A DNA stretch of 64,000 nt, from positions 6,777,921 to 6,841,920 of the forward strand of contig CAVNZM010000011.1 in assembly GCA_963693365.1 (NCBI GenBank), written 5' to 3'. The stretch's first letter is position 1. Each line of letters opens with the position of its first letter. The position numbers and the translations under genes are program-made. Under the pieces are notes generated by a model that had not been told where the DNA came from, searched no databases, and saw nothing but the letters and a program-made list of their open reading frames with translations. This document shows positions 1-13,468 of the stretch, piece by piece. The stretch comes from Amoebidium appalachense. Taxonomy: Eukaryota; Protista; Ichthyosporea.

Positions 1-1496
1 TCGAAAATCACAACGTCGTCATTGGACCCCTCCAAAGGGGGGCTCGGGTCACGACGGGGGGAAACCACCGCGGCTGGTGGGTGCGACTGGGGATTGGGGG
101 GGGCTTCCGACTTTCCCGAATTTTTCGATTTTTCCGTTCGATCAACAACCGCAGAATATTCCGGATTTTCAAGTTTGCCTTTAGAACCCCCTGGAGCGAA
201 ATTCGGTGGCGATTTTCGGAAAGGGCGAGGAGGGGGGTCAGGTTTCGGTGCGGAGGGACGACGTTGCTCGAAGTTGATATGGGCCCCCATGGCCGCGCCG
301 TCAAAGTTTCCAAAATTGCGATTGGCACCCCCCACACCTGGTGCTCTAGGTGGGAATTCCAGAGGGGTTTGGTTGGGCGTTTGGGTATGCACAAAGGTAG
401 GTGTTGGAGGTAGAGGGGGCTTTTGGTGTGAAATTTGGGGCGAAGAATTCACACGGGCCAGTGATTCCGGGCGCGGACGTATAGGCCGGTAGCGGGGTGG
501 TGGGGGGGGGGAGGAATGGGGCACATGTCTAGGCATTGTTTCGGGTAATGACGCTGTTTCCGGTGGTTTTGAAGTCGATTTTTGGTTTCCCGGTGTCTCG
601 GAATTCCCAATAATCCCAATTTTCCCGGTCGGTACCGATGGTCTTGGTTGGTATGCGGAAAAAGATGGATAACCACCAGGTAGAGAAACCGAAATTTCGG
701 GTTGCACCGTCGGTGGCGACCCTCGAGGGGCCGGTGTAGCCCCAAAACCGGAAATCGGAATTTGGGTTCCCGGGATTTGGGGGCGAGGTGGTTGGGATTC
801 CGCATTCAAAGGCGCAAGGTTCGGCTTGGGCGAGACGATTTGGGATTTTCCGGTTGATTCGCCAGGAATATTGGTGGTGGGGGGGGGAGAGACTTGGGTG
901 GGTGTTGGGGTTTTGGGCACGACACCTTGCGGAGAAAGGGTTGTGTTAACGGGAATTTGGGTAATTTGTGCGACGGGAGTGTGGTTGGGTGTCGTCGGTT
1001 TAGAAACGGGATTTTGCTTTTCAAAAGGGGTGGGGATGGGGGACGTCTGGACTCCTGGTGTGGGCGTCGGTGTAGGGGGGTTGGATGTTTTTGCCGCTTG
1101 GGGTTTTTTTGGTGAATTCGCGCTCGAATCCGACTCTTCGGAATCCGAAATTTCATTGAATACGGGTGCCCTGGTGGGGGTTTTACGCGGATCGTCTTTC
1201 TGCCAATTGAAAAATTTCCTTTGGCCAGAACTTCCACCCCACGAACTCACCGGTTGGACGCCCCCAGTGGATTCAGCCGTCTTGCCCAATCGTTGCTTGG
1301 GAAAAGTTTCCTTATTAGGCTGTATTTCGCTCGAAACAAAAATGACATCACTGTCCGAGCCCTCCTCCCCATCATCACCCTCGACTCGAATTTCGCGCGA
1401 TATTTTCCGTGTTTTTTCATCGTCTGGAGATGTGGCGGTGGTGATGGAGTCAACCTCCCCAGGGCCCTTTTGTTTCTTGGCCTCATGCTCGCTCAT
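1..1496 (-). CDS. Partial CDS running off the window edge: long single exon encoding a disordered Pro/Ser/Thr-rich protein with two SIM-like motifs
   Basis: A minus-strand frame reads open by manual translation from ATG at 1496 (gcaaacATG) to position 3: MSEHEAKKQKGPGEVDS...GSDSDVIFVSSEIQPNK...TPTPTPGVQTSP...PPLEGSNDDVVIF. It is absent from the ORF track because it has no stop in the window. The + ORFs 22-492 and 826-1530 are antisense shadows. Possible upstream exons near 2210-2325 and 2580-2645 (donor gtaaga) are unresolved. Confidence 0.7.
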   Translation of the reverse strand, partial: MSEHEAKKQKGPGEVDSITTATSPDDEKTRKISREIRVEGDDGEEGSDSDVIFVSSEIQPNKETFPKQRLGKTAESTGGVQPVSSWGGSSGQRKFFNWQKDDPRKTPTRAPVFNEISDSEESDSSANSPKKPQAAKTSNPPTPTPTPGVQTSPIPTPFEKQNPVSKPTTPNHTPVAQITQIPVNTTLSPQGVVPKTPTPTQVSPPPTTNIPGESTGKSQIVSPKPNLAPLNAESQPPRPQIPGTQIPISGFGATPAPRGSPPTVQPEISVSLPGGYPSFSAYQPRPSVPTGKIGIIGNSETPGNQKSTSKPPETASLPETMPRHVPHSSPPPPPRYRPIRPRPESLARVNSSPQISHQKPPLPPTPTFVHTQTPNQTPLEFPPRAPGVGGANRNFGNFDGAAMGAHINFEQRRPSAPKPDPPPRPFRKSPPNFAPGGSKGKLENPEYSAVVDRTEKSKNSGKSEAPPNPQSHPPAAVVSPRRDPSPPLEGSNDDVVIF

Positions 1497-2013
1497 GTTT
1501 GCGGCTTATAAGCAAATTGGTACCCGATGACAAACAAACATTGATGGTATCGTGGATGGGGTAACACTACTGTCGTTGTCTCATTCCCTGCCCACCTGAA
1601 AGTACCGAGGCAGATTAAACATAGAAATCCTGTAAGGATGCAGTCAACCCGTCGGTATTCCCGCATGCAATAATAACGAAAGAAAGCACTTCTTTTTGAG
1701 CAACTAAAGCCTCTCTCATGTATATTGTACCAACATGACAAGAAGTGAAGCAAGCGGGGCGATGAAAAAACATTCTTTCCACCAAAGCCGGCACCCCGTT
1801 TGCCTCTTCTTCTCAATTGTGTGTAAGGGTGGGTGTGGGTGTGTGGGTGTGTGTGGCGTGAGAGGGGGGGGGGGGGGGGGGAGGAGGCCGGGGAGGCCGG
1901 GGATTATGTGCTTTCAATTGGGGTACACAGAAAACAGAAAATAGTTCTAATCAGATAAGATGCCATAGAAAGCTGCAAGACGACCTAAGCGTCTATTGCC
2001 CCAAAACAACACG

Positions 2014-2056
<43 letters not shown>

Positions 2057-2432
2057 AAGGGGGGGGGGGGGGGGGGGGATGACCGACCATCACTCCAAAA
2101 CCAACAGGTACAAAGAAAAAAGTCAAAGAAAGAAAAGAAAACGAAAAAGAAAGAAAGAAAGAAAGAAAGGAAAGGAATAAGGGAGAAAGGGAGAAAGAAA
2201 GAAAACACCCCTGGTCTGGTTCGGCCTGGATAACAGTCTTGCCCACAGAATATCCCTTTCATCTTTCCCCAACAATCCTCCTCCTTTATATCCGAGCTCA
2301 AGTGATAACCGACGAAATGATACCCCTGTATCCCTCACCCTCGCCCCCTCTCCACCCGTCACCCTTCTCATCCCACACACCCTCCCTTCCCTTTCCCCCT
2401 CCCCCCGTTCCCTCCCCCCCCCCTCCCCCCCC

Positions 2433-2467
<35 letters not shown>

Positions 2468-3357
2468 ACAAACACACCAACACACGCACCCTCCGCCCAC
2501 CCACCCATCCACCCACCCGCCCGGCCACCTCAGAGACCTAAAGCCCCCCCTCTACCCAAACGAACACCCATCCTCTTACCTTCTTTCTAGGACGAGCTAC
2601 GCCCTTGCCTTCCTGCCTCTCATGGTATTCTCGTAATAGGGATCCTCAAATATAAAAAAAGCAAGAGGGACACAAACCTAAATGCGTACTACAAGTGTGC
2701 AAGCACGCATCGAGCAGGCAACAACAAACGAGGGACTCGGAAAGAACAAAAAGTGTTCATATACGCGTGTTCAGGTAAACGCCTGAACATGGAGCGAGCA
2801 TAAGCTAGAAAAGGAGAAGAGGGTAAAAACAAAACAATACCACAAGGGAAAACTCAGGTTTCTTTTCTAAAGGGGAAAAAGAAAAATAGAGCGAAAATGT
2901 TTGGGTATCAGGTGTTCAAAAAAGTGAGGGAAAGAGTCCGTCCAACTTCAAGTCCAGTTGAACGTGGCACGTTGGACAGCTCCCGGGCGTTAGCGTAATG
3001 TCAGGGTAGGAATTCTGTAATGCTGAAGGATATATCCCCGTATTTTTGAATGCGAATTTGGGAGAATGTGCTGCCAGTTATCGACATGTATACGTATGCG
3101 ACAATGCCTAAGGCCGATAGTATGATACTTACACCCAACAAGGCACGTATGTAGATAGCAAAAGTTACCAAATATAAATTATATGTGGAGATATTTTTTT
3201 TTGTTTTTTGTTTTTGTTATTATTTACTGCTTCACCTACATGTCGTTAATAAACAGCACATCTCCCCCCCCCCCCCCCCCCCCCCTTTGCACACAAGCAC
3301 ACCAACACCAGCCCACACCCACCCACACGCACATGAGCACACACACACACACACACA

Positions 3358-3465
<108 letters not shown>

Positions 3466-3953
3466 CATACACACAGGCGCCAAACCATGTAGGGGCGGGT
3501 TACTCAAGGACACCATTTTCAAAGCACATAAGCACACAGACACACAGGCGCAGTGCCGAGCCTGGAATAACACCAGCACAAGCAAACACCCACCACCTCG
3601 TGCTCTCCTACAAGCAACAGATCCATCCATACACACGCACTGTCACATACACACCAAACTCACAAAACACACACAACAAGACGTAAATGGTGACTTTATC
3701 TTGGATTCCCCCCCCCCCCCCCCCCCCCCAACACACACACACAGTCCCTTCCTCCCCGCCTCACTGACTTCTGGAAGAGGTGAAAAAGCCACCAATTACG
3801 CACACATGTTCCCCAAACTACGTACAGAACCCCATAATCATCCCACCCTCCTAAGGAATAACTTGTCTTTGCAAGTTATGGGCCCATCACACGAGCCAAC
3901 CATTGAGAGCGCTAACTTGCTCATCACCAGCAAGATCTAGTTCCTCCAGGAAG

Positions 3954-5356
3954 ATGGGCCGCATAGTTCACGGAACGGTCCATGTGACCATCCATGAGGC
4001 CCGAGGGCTCAAGAAACAGGACTACTTTGGCCAAAACGACAATGTCGTGTTTGTGTCTCTGGACAAGGGAAGGGTGTGGCAGACACCTATCAGTGAGGGG
4101 TGCGATCCGCAGTGGAATTCGACTGGAAGCACGATGGTGGGAATGTACGCAGGCGAGGTTAACGTCGAGGTATGATTCCGTCGAACCCCAACTCCCTCCC
4201 CCCCCCCCCCCCCCCCACCACCACCACCACCACCACCACCACCACCTCCCCCCCTACCCACCTCTATGCCCCCCACCTTATGCCAACACACATCAAATCT
4301 GGCAAACACACACAGACACACATACACACACCTTTGGCCGACTGGACATGTGTGTGCCTGGATTCAATCATGTTTCAGTCTGTTATCTGTAGCACAAACA
4401 TATTTGCCCCCCCCCCCCCCCCCCCCCCCCCCTCCCCGCACAGGTATTGTGTTCCGTCCGTCCATTCCCCCTATCCCCCCGCCCCCCTGCCCCCCCACCC
4501 TCTCCCCTTCCTCTCCCGCCACCACCCACCCATTGTAATGAAAACCTTTGATGTGTTTGGAACCACAAGCATGAAGCGATGAATGTGTCGGGAACCAAAC
4601 AATTTGGTGGAGGCGAAAAAGAAAAGGAGAAACGGAACCGGGAGCTCTCTCATCATTGGCTGTGTGCAAGTGTCTCTTTCCTGAACGGTTGTTGTCAATT
4701 CATCTGTTGGGTGATCTTGTCGTCTTTTCTACCTTTCTTCCTTTCCCCCCCCTTTCCTCGCCCTTTTTTTTTGCATGTATCATCCTCCCCCCTCCCCCCC
4801 CCCACCCCCCCCCCCCCCACCCCCCCCCCCCCCCCCCCCCACCATCCCCAACCACTCCCGATCCTCTGTTCCCTTTCCCTACACCAGAAGCATCTGTCCA
4901 CTCGAATAAAAGTACGCATAGACGTGTCAACCTCTTCAGGCCGGCACTAAATGATCTGGCCGGCAGCCGGCAAGCTCTAAACAGCTCTAAACAACTCTGT
5001 TGTGGCTTAAAAACGATAGGAAAAGCTCAGATAAATTGTAAGTATCGACACGTGTATGTCTTGCCTACATACGTTTCTAAGTTGGTTTGGGAAAAATTTC
5101 ATTATATCGTATACTTTTGTATCTGTTTTTGTGTTTCTGAAGTGTCTATCTAGGGAAATTTGCCGGTATGAACAGATTAAGATTAGTGCGGTATTCTCGG
5201 TCATGACACTTATCCATTGGATTCGCTTGTTCAGGTGTACGACATAGACACGGGCCGAGGCAAGGACGAGGTTGGCAAAGTGACATTTCCCATCGACGAC
5301 TTGATGATGGGAACTATAGAGTATGTGTGTGTGTGTGTGTGTGTACGTGTGTGTAC

Positions 5357-5387
<31 letters not shown>

Positions 5388-5441
5388 CGTGTGCGCGCGT
5401 GCGCGCGCGCGTGTGTGTGCGTGTGCGTGTGCGCGCGCACG

Positions 5442-5513
<72 letters not shown>

Positions 5514-6449
5514 CTGCGTGCCTGCATGCTTGCGTGCGTGCGTGCGTGCGTATGTTTGTGTATGTGTGTGTTTTCCCGTGTACGGTGCACGTACCTTTGT
5601 GTGTTCTGTTACTACAAGCTCGATCAAGTTCGCAACCCATATTCGCAACGATGCAACCTATATTTCCATACACTTTACACAAGCACTTCGCACTTTTCAG
5701 ACCCTCTGTTGCCCTTGCCATCCCCCCCTCCCCCCCCCCCCCCCCCCCCAATCCCCCCTCCCCATCCCCCCCCCCCTCCCCCCCCCCCCCCGCCTCCCCC
5801 CCTTCCCACCGGCCCTCTTTCCCCCCTTCCCCCCCCCCCCCCCCCCCCCCCTCCCCCCTCCCCTCACTCCCTTCCCAGCCTTTCCCACCTGTTCTCGAGC
5901 AACTCGCCCTTGTATTACTTGTGCGGTGTTTGCCTTACGGATTCTGTGTCTCTGCTTACTGCCTGGTCTCTGTATCTGCTTTTCTTGACTCAATTTCTGT
6001 TTTTAGATGGCCATCGGCTGCACACAATCCCCCCCCCCCCCCCCCCCCCCTCCCCACACCCTTTCCCTGGCGCCCCTCCCCCCTCCCCCCCCTCCCCCCC
6101 TCTCCGTCCTCCCATCCCCCTGCTCCGAGCCATGCTGCAAAAGTGGGATCATGGAAACCCTTTCTTTTTGTGTAGCATATAAGTACCTACCTCAAGGTTT
6201 CTCTGAATGTGCCTCACTCATCAAGTTTCTTCTGGCTTTTTCCGGTACGAACCTGCATTTCTTTTTTGTTGTTTTTCATCATGGTCTATTGTGCTATCGT
6301 CTTCATGCTCTAATACATCTCCAATCCCCCCCTCCCCCCCTCTCCCTTTCCCTCCCTCTCTCCTGCCCCCTCCCCCCCTCCCCCCCTCCACACACACCTA
6401 CACACCCACACACATGCTCACACGCACACACACACACCCACACTTCCTC

Positions 6450-6481
<32 letters not shown>

Positions 6482-6800
6482 CCACCCACCCACCCACCCA
6501 CCCACCCACCCGCCCACCCACACACACACACAGTGGTTGGTACAAGCTCGATACAGAGGGGGAGATTCGTCTGACGTTGTACTTTGAGCCAGCCAGACCC
6601 GCCCCGTGGGCAGGGGGTAGGAAGGACGTATTTCGAACCCCGAGAGGAGTGTAAAGTGACCCTTTATGGAGATGCCGAGGTGCCAGAGGGTATGTGAATC
6701 CTCCCCCTCCCCCCCCCCCCCCCCCCCCTTCCCCCCCCCTCCGACTCCGACGATAAATGTCCCATCCCCCATCTCCTTCACCGACTATTTTTCTGTTGAA

Positions 6801-6833
<33 letters not shown>

Positions 6834-7245
6834 CCTTTCCCACTGCCCTTGCCTGCATAAGCAACCCTGCTCGTCTCTGATCAAGACGGGTGACCTACCC
6901 ATGTTCAAGTGAAACAGTATCTGAGTTGGGTTTCGTTAACGAGGTGAATAGGTCGAAACTCGGGTACTGTGGATGACGTGGGCCCCCCCTGAGGATGGGC
7001 TCTGCTTGTTATGCATACTCTTTTTGTATGGCTTGCATTCTGCATCGTGTTATCCGTTTGTTCTTGTGTACTTCGTACTTTTTGACGCATTCAAACCCCC
7101 CCCCCCTCCCCCCCCCCCCCCTCCCCCCCCCCTTTCCACCTTACCTCCATCTCCTTCCCCAACTCCTTTAAAGCTAAACCCCCCGCCCCCCCTCCCGACC
7201 CCACCCAATAACCCCTTTCCCGGATTCCTTTTTGGTCAACCCCCC

Positions 7246-7276
<31 letters not shown>

Positions 7277-7882
7277 ACCCACAGACAGACACAGACCTCT
7301 AGACTGACTGTAACTCCTGGTCCTCATCCCTCCCGTCCCCCCTCCCCCCCCCCCCCCCCCAGCCGGCCCTTTTGCTTTTATTCTCATGTCTGCTTAGTAG
7401 CATCCCCCCCGCCCCCCCCAAGCCCCCAAGCCCCCCTACTGTAATTTGGCCGCCACCTGTTCCCTCTTGCAATCTATAACACTCGGAAGCCCATTCTTCG
7501 TCCCCCGGCTCCCTCCCCCCCCTCCCTCCCCTTCCTCCCCAAACACACACACCCCGCCGCCCAGAAAGGAAGCCAACACAAACATACACTCCACAAAAAC
7601 ACTGTTGCTTATTCCCCCATCCCCCCACGCCTCCCCACCACCACCACTCCCTCTTGCCTTCACCCCTGACATCCCTCCAATTACCACCAGTATCATTCCC
7701 CACACTTCCCCACACACAGGCCCATTTTGATAGACACATCAGGCCCCCCACCCGTCCCACACCCTCCCCCTCCCCCACTTCTCCCCTTCACTCCCCATAT
7801 CCCTCCAGATAACCAACCATTCTCATCATCCCCCCCCCTCCCTCCCCTCCCTCCTCCGCCTGCTCGTCCGCCCCACACGCAC

Positions 7883-7946
<64 letters not shown>

Positions 7947-9015
7947 CTCAATCAACGCTCACATCACTCTCGAAGACAACCACACCTACCGTCCCGCAAG
8001 CGCGTGGCGTGACCTCTCCAAAGCCATAAACGGGGCACAACACTTTATCTACATTGCCGGGTGGAGTGTGTACACAGAGATAACTCTCATAAGGGAACCC
8101 GGCCAGCCTACGCTAGGAGAGATGTTGAAGAGGAAGGCGGAGGAAGGGGTGAGGGTGTTGGTGATGCCTTGGGATGAGAAACTTTCGTTTGATGATCAGT
8201 AAGTGTTGACAGCCCCCCTCCCCCCCCTCCCTCCCCCCCCCCCAAAACAAAAGAAAGAAAGAAAAAAAAAAAAAAAAAACCAGCCCCCCCCCCCCCCCCC
8301 CCCCGGCGGCCTGCCCCCCTTTGAAGAACCGTGCACGTCTTTGCCCACGACTGGTTAAACTTGCCTGTTGCAGTTCAAGCATGGGATAGGTTAAGAACCA
8401 CGAGTGCAAGGTTAAAGGAGTCGGATTCCGTTCGTTTGTGAATGCATGTTACCCCCCCCTGAGGGGGGTAACCCTTAAACCTGTATAAGGGTTTCTTGTA
8501 TGCGCATTCCCCCCCCCCCCCCCCCCCCCCCTTCCCCTCCCCTCTTCTCAAGTTTTATATTTGGTCGTTGTATTGTTCTGACGGGTTGTGTTGTTGAATG
8601 TTTCTTCGTCTCCTCCATGGAATTTCAACCCTAAAATACGTACTTCCCCCCCTCCCCCCCCCCCCCCCCTCCCCCCCCCCCTTCCCCATCTTCTTTTTTC
8701 AAGAAGCTATGTTCAAGTGCCTCATCCCTGCATGTTTCTTGATGGTATCATTTTTAGCTTTGTCATGCAAAGGTTGTTTATGTCAGTAAGTTACTTTGCT
8801 TTCTTTTCGCTCCACCCTCTAATACTTCACATTACAGGAGGGTGGGTGAGCTGCTTGGGATGGAGAATGGAATGATGATGACCCATGACGAGGAGACGGA
8901 GGGATACTTCCGGGGAACGGGAGTGCACTGCCACCCGGTAGGGAAAAAACACATGCACATGCATGCATGTGTGTGCATGTGTGTAGACACATAAGTACAC
9001 GTATTCAGGCACATG

Positions 9016-9106
<91 letters not shown>

Positions 9107-10246
9107 CTCGCACCCACCCACCCACACACACACACACACCGAACACACGCGCACCCACACCCACACACACACACTGAACACACGCGCACCCACGCACACC
9201 ACACACACACACATATCCACACATGCACTTATAACGCACTAACCATATATATACGCATCACATGCTCGCATACCCACGTATACAAATGCGGGGCACTAAT
9301 CAGACAAAAGCCTTGTTTAGGTGCCTGCCTGGGAGTGCATACTCATTCAACAATTTGCACCTAAATGATTTAGAAAACAATTGGACTATTATACATTCTA
9401 ACAGCACGTTTTCATTGGTTCAGGTTGGCCGTATAGTGCGTGAGTCAGCCAAGGACAATGTCCGGGCACTTGCATGGGAGGGCATATGCATGCGGTCATA
9501 GGCATGAAAACTTAGTATGCATTCTAACGGCACGTTTTCATTGGTTCAGGTTGTGCGCATAGTGTGTGAGTCAGCCAAGGGCATGGTTGGGGTCTTACAT
9601 GGGAGTGCATACACATGTGGTTAAGCAAATAAACATTTATTATACATTCATCAAGCATGCCAAAATTTAATATACATTCTAATGGTGTGTTTCCATTGGT
9701 TTAGGTTGGCCACATATTGCGCGAATCAGCCAAGGACATTGTCGGGGTACTTGCCTGGGAGTGCATACACGTTCGTGCAATTCACACGTAAGAATTTAAA
9801 AATTATCTGACTATTATACATTCTAATGGCACGATTTCATTGGTGTAGGTTGGCCGTATAGTGCGCGAATCCGCCAAGGACATGGTCGGGGTGCTTGCCT
9901 GGGAGTGCATCTTCACGCACCACCAAAAGACCGTCGTGTTGGATGCCCCATGCCCAAATCGGGACGGGCGGAGGCGCGTGATTGGCTTCATGGGCGGCAT
10001 TGATCTATGCGATGGAAGGTGAGGGAAAATTCTGGTGGTTTCTGTTGTGTGTGCGCTGGGAAAATGTGTGAATGTGGGAATGAAATAGGTTTACATGTAT
10101 GCCTTTTTTACCGCGAAATGAAATGGATGTTATAGATAGTTTTGTTAACAAGGTTTTTTTTTGCGTGGGTGGGCCGGTGGTGGTGGCTGGGCGAGAGGGT
10201 TGGTGTGATGTAGGGGTGGGTGGGTGGGTGGGCTTGGGGTGCGCGC

Positions 10247-10285
<39 letters not shown>

Positions 10286-10654
10286 GGTGAGTGGGTGGGT
10301 GGTGGTGGTGGTGGGGGGAGGGGGGGGGGGGGAGGAAGGGGGGGGGGGGGGGGGGGGAGTAATGTAAATCTGTGGTAAAGTAGGGTGTATGTGTGTGTGT
10401 GTGAGTGTATGTGTGTGCGCGCGCGCGCGCGCGTGCATGCCTGTGCTTGTGCGTGTGTGTGCGTGCGCGCAAGTGTGGGTGAGTCTGTGCGTGCGTGCGT
10501 CTGATTTTTTTTATTTCAGGTGTTTGGGCAGGTTAGAGCACTAAACGTATGAAGTGTTCATCAAAATCTGACATAAATTTGCAGATACGACACCCCCCAG
10601 CACCCCCTCTTCCGCTCTCTCCAGGATGCACATTCTAACGACTTCCATCAGGTA

Positions 10655-10692
<38 letters not shown>

Positions 10693-10905
10693 CCCCCTCC
10701 CCTCTTTCCCCCCCCCTCCCCCCTTTCCCCCCTCCCCCCACAATCCCCTCTCCCCTCTCCCATATGAAACTCGGTACTGTGGATGACTTTGGCCACCCCT
10801 GAGGATGGGCTCTGCTTATTGTACATAGTGTGTGTGCGTTACATACAGTCTGCCTTGTGTTGTTTGTGGTGGATGTGTACCTCGTACTATGTAATCCCCC
10901 CCCCC

Positions 10906-10936
<31 letters not shown>

Positions 10937-12547
10937 ACACACACACCTTATTCCTGAACACACGCAGATGTCCACTAAACCCCTTCCCCCCTACATACAC
11001 ACACACGGACTCACAAGTACACACCCCCACACAAACACACACACACACACGCGCACACACGGGCAGCCGCGCACAAGCAGATACACGCCACATCCACCCA
11101 ACCACCCCCCGATCCCCCTACCCCCCCCCCACACACACACCCCCCTTCCCCCCCCCCTCTCCCCACTCAACCCCTCCCCTCCCCCCCCCCCCCTCCCCCC
11201 CACCACACACACACACCCTCTCCCCCCCCCCCCCCCCCCCCCCCCCCCTCCCCCTCCCCTCCCCCCTCCCCCCCCCCCCCCCTCCATCCCCTTCTCCCTC
11301 CCCGTCCCCCCTCCCCCTCTCGAGTTGGTGCTGCTGTCTGAGTTGGAGAGTCGTATATACGCGGGCTAAGGGGTCGAAACTCAGACGCAATTGATGACTT
11401 GGGCCCTCCCTGAGGATGGGCTCTGCCTATGACGCATACTGTGCGCATGGCTGATGTTGCATACTTGAATGGTTGCATTTGCATGTGTCCTGCACCATGC
11501 TTCTCATCGTGTATGCGTACTTCGTACCGTGTTCCGCATTCAAACCCCCCTTCCCCTCTCCACACACACCCATCCACCCACGTACACGTACACAGGCCAA
11601 CATTGCCGAGGGTGTAGACGTCACCAGTGGCCCTCGTGAGCCGTGGCACGACATCCACTGCAAGGTGGAGGGCATGGTTGCACGTGATCTGATGCAGAAT
11701 TTCCACGAGCGGTGGTCCCGCCAGAACAGCTCCTACGTATAGTGCCCCCCTTTAACACCCTCCCCCCCCCCCCCCCCTCCCGCTTCCGTCCCCCCCCCCC
11801 CCCCCCCCCTCCCCTCTCCCTCTCCCCCCCCCCCCCCCCCCCCCCCGATCCCCTTCCCCCCTTCACCCTATTGCCCCCCATCCGCACCCCCTCCCCTGCC
11901 TCCCCTCCCCATAACACTTGTTGACACCTCCCCGCCTGCCCCTCTTGTGCCTTTAACCTACACATAAATTCCCCCCCCTCTCCCCCCCTCCCCCCTCCCC
12001 CCCCCCCCCCCTCATTCCCTGCCTCCTTCCGTCCCTCCCTCTCTCCGTCCCTCCGTCCCTCCGTCCCTCCCTCCCTCCCATCCTCCGTCCCCCTCCCTCT
12101 CTGCCTCCCTCCATTCCCCTCCCTATATCCTCCCCTCTCCCACTTTCCACACACCCTTTTTTTCCGTGCTCATATGCCATACAGGCAGATGCTTTGTTTG
12201 ACGTCGACCGTTCAGGCTTCATCCGACCGGAGGAGGAGAGGTGGGGGGATGGGTCTGATTCGTGGAATGTGCAGCTGTTAAGGTCCATAGATTCGGAGGT
12301 GGCTAACTTCCAGCACAACGAGGTATGGTCGTCGTCAAGTAGAATGGCCCATACAGAAAGCATACATCCATTACATCTTTGCACCATAAAGCTAAGTGCA
12401 AATCAAGGCTTTCCTAAAATAGAAGCTACTGAAAAGAAAAACACCCAACACTCTCTGCTTATGATGCGTGCTCTTCATGTATGCTCTCCAATCTCCATGG
12501 TGTTCTCCATCAAAGCGTGTTCCTCGTACTTTATATTCTTATAACAC

Positions 12548-12611
<64 letters not shown>

Positions 12612-12645
12612 CAAACACACACACGCACGCACACACGCACGCACG

Positions 12646-12741
<96 letters not shown>

Positions 12742-13437
12742 CTAGTTGAACTGCGTGGGCGTCAAGTAGAGCGGCCCATACAAGACGCATACATCCACCA
12801 CATCTTTGCAAAAACACAGCTTTGCGCAAATAACAACTGAACCCCCCCCCCCCCCCCCCCCCTTCTCCGCCCTCCCCCCCCCCCCCCCCCTGCCCTCCCC
12901 CCCGGCCTTTTCCCCATCCTTCCTCCACTCCTCCCCCCCCCCCCCCTCCCCCCCCCCCCCCTCCCCCCCACACACACACACACATAGGGACTAGTTGAAC
13001 TGCGTGGGCGCCACGTAGAGCGGTCCATACAGGACGCATACATCCACCACATAAGGAGGGCAGAACACTTCCTCTACATCGAAAACCAATACTTCATGGG
13101 CTCATCCTTCGGGTGGGAGAAATCCATCGCTGGGTGCGAAAACATGATCCCCGCCGAAATTGCTCTAAAGGTATCTATCCCCTCTCCCCCTTTCCCTTTT
13201 AACACATACATCCCCCCCCCCCCCCCCCCCCCCCCTTCCTCCCCTTCAAGAAAACGCCCCGTCCCCCCCCCCCCCCCCTCCCCAACACCACCCCCTGCCT
13301 CCCTCCCACCCACAGGGGCCCGCCTGACCACCCTACCGTTATTTATGTATTCTTGTTGTTATTGTAAAGTTGGGGACTGGCACTTGATGGGGTCCTTTTT
13401 GGGTGGGAAAGAACGCGGGGCAACGGCAGCGGCAAAG

Positions 13438-13468
<31 letters not shown>

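Noticed and set aside
826-1530. + strand ORFs 22-492 and 826-1530 as genes
   Set aside because: They are antisense shadows of the minus-strand exon.
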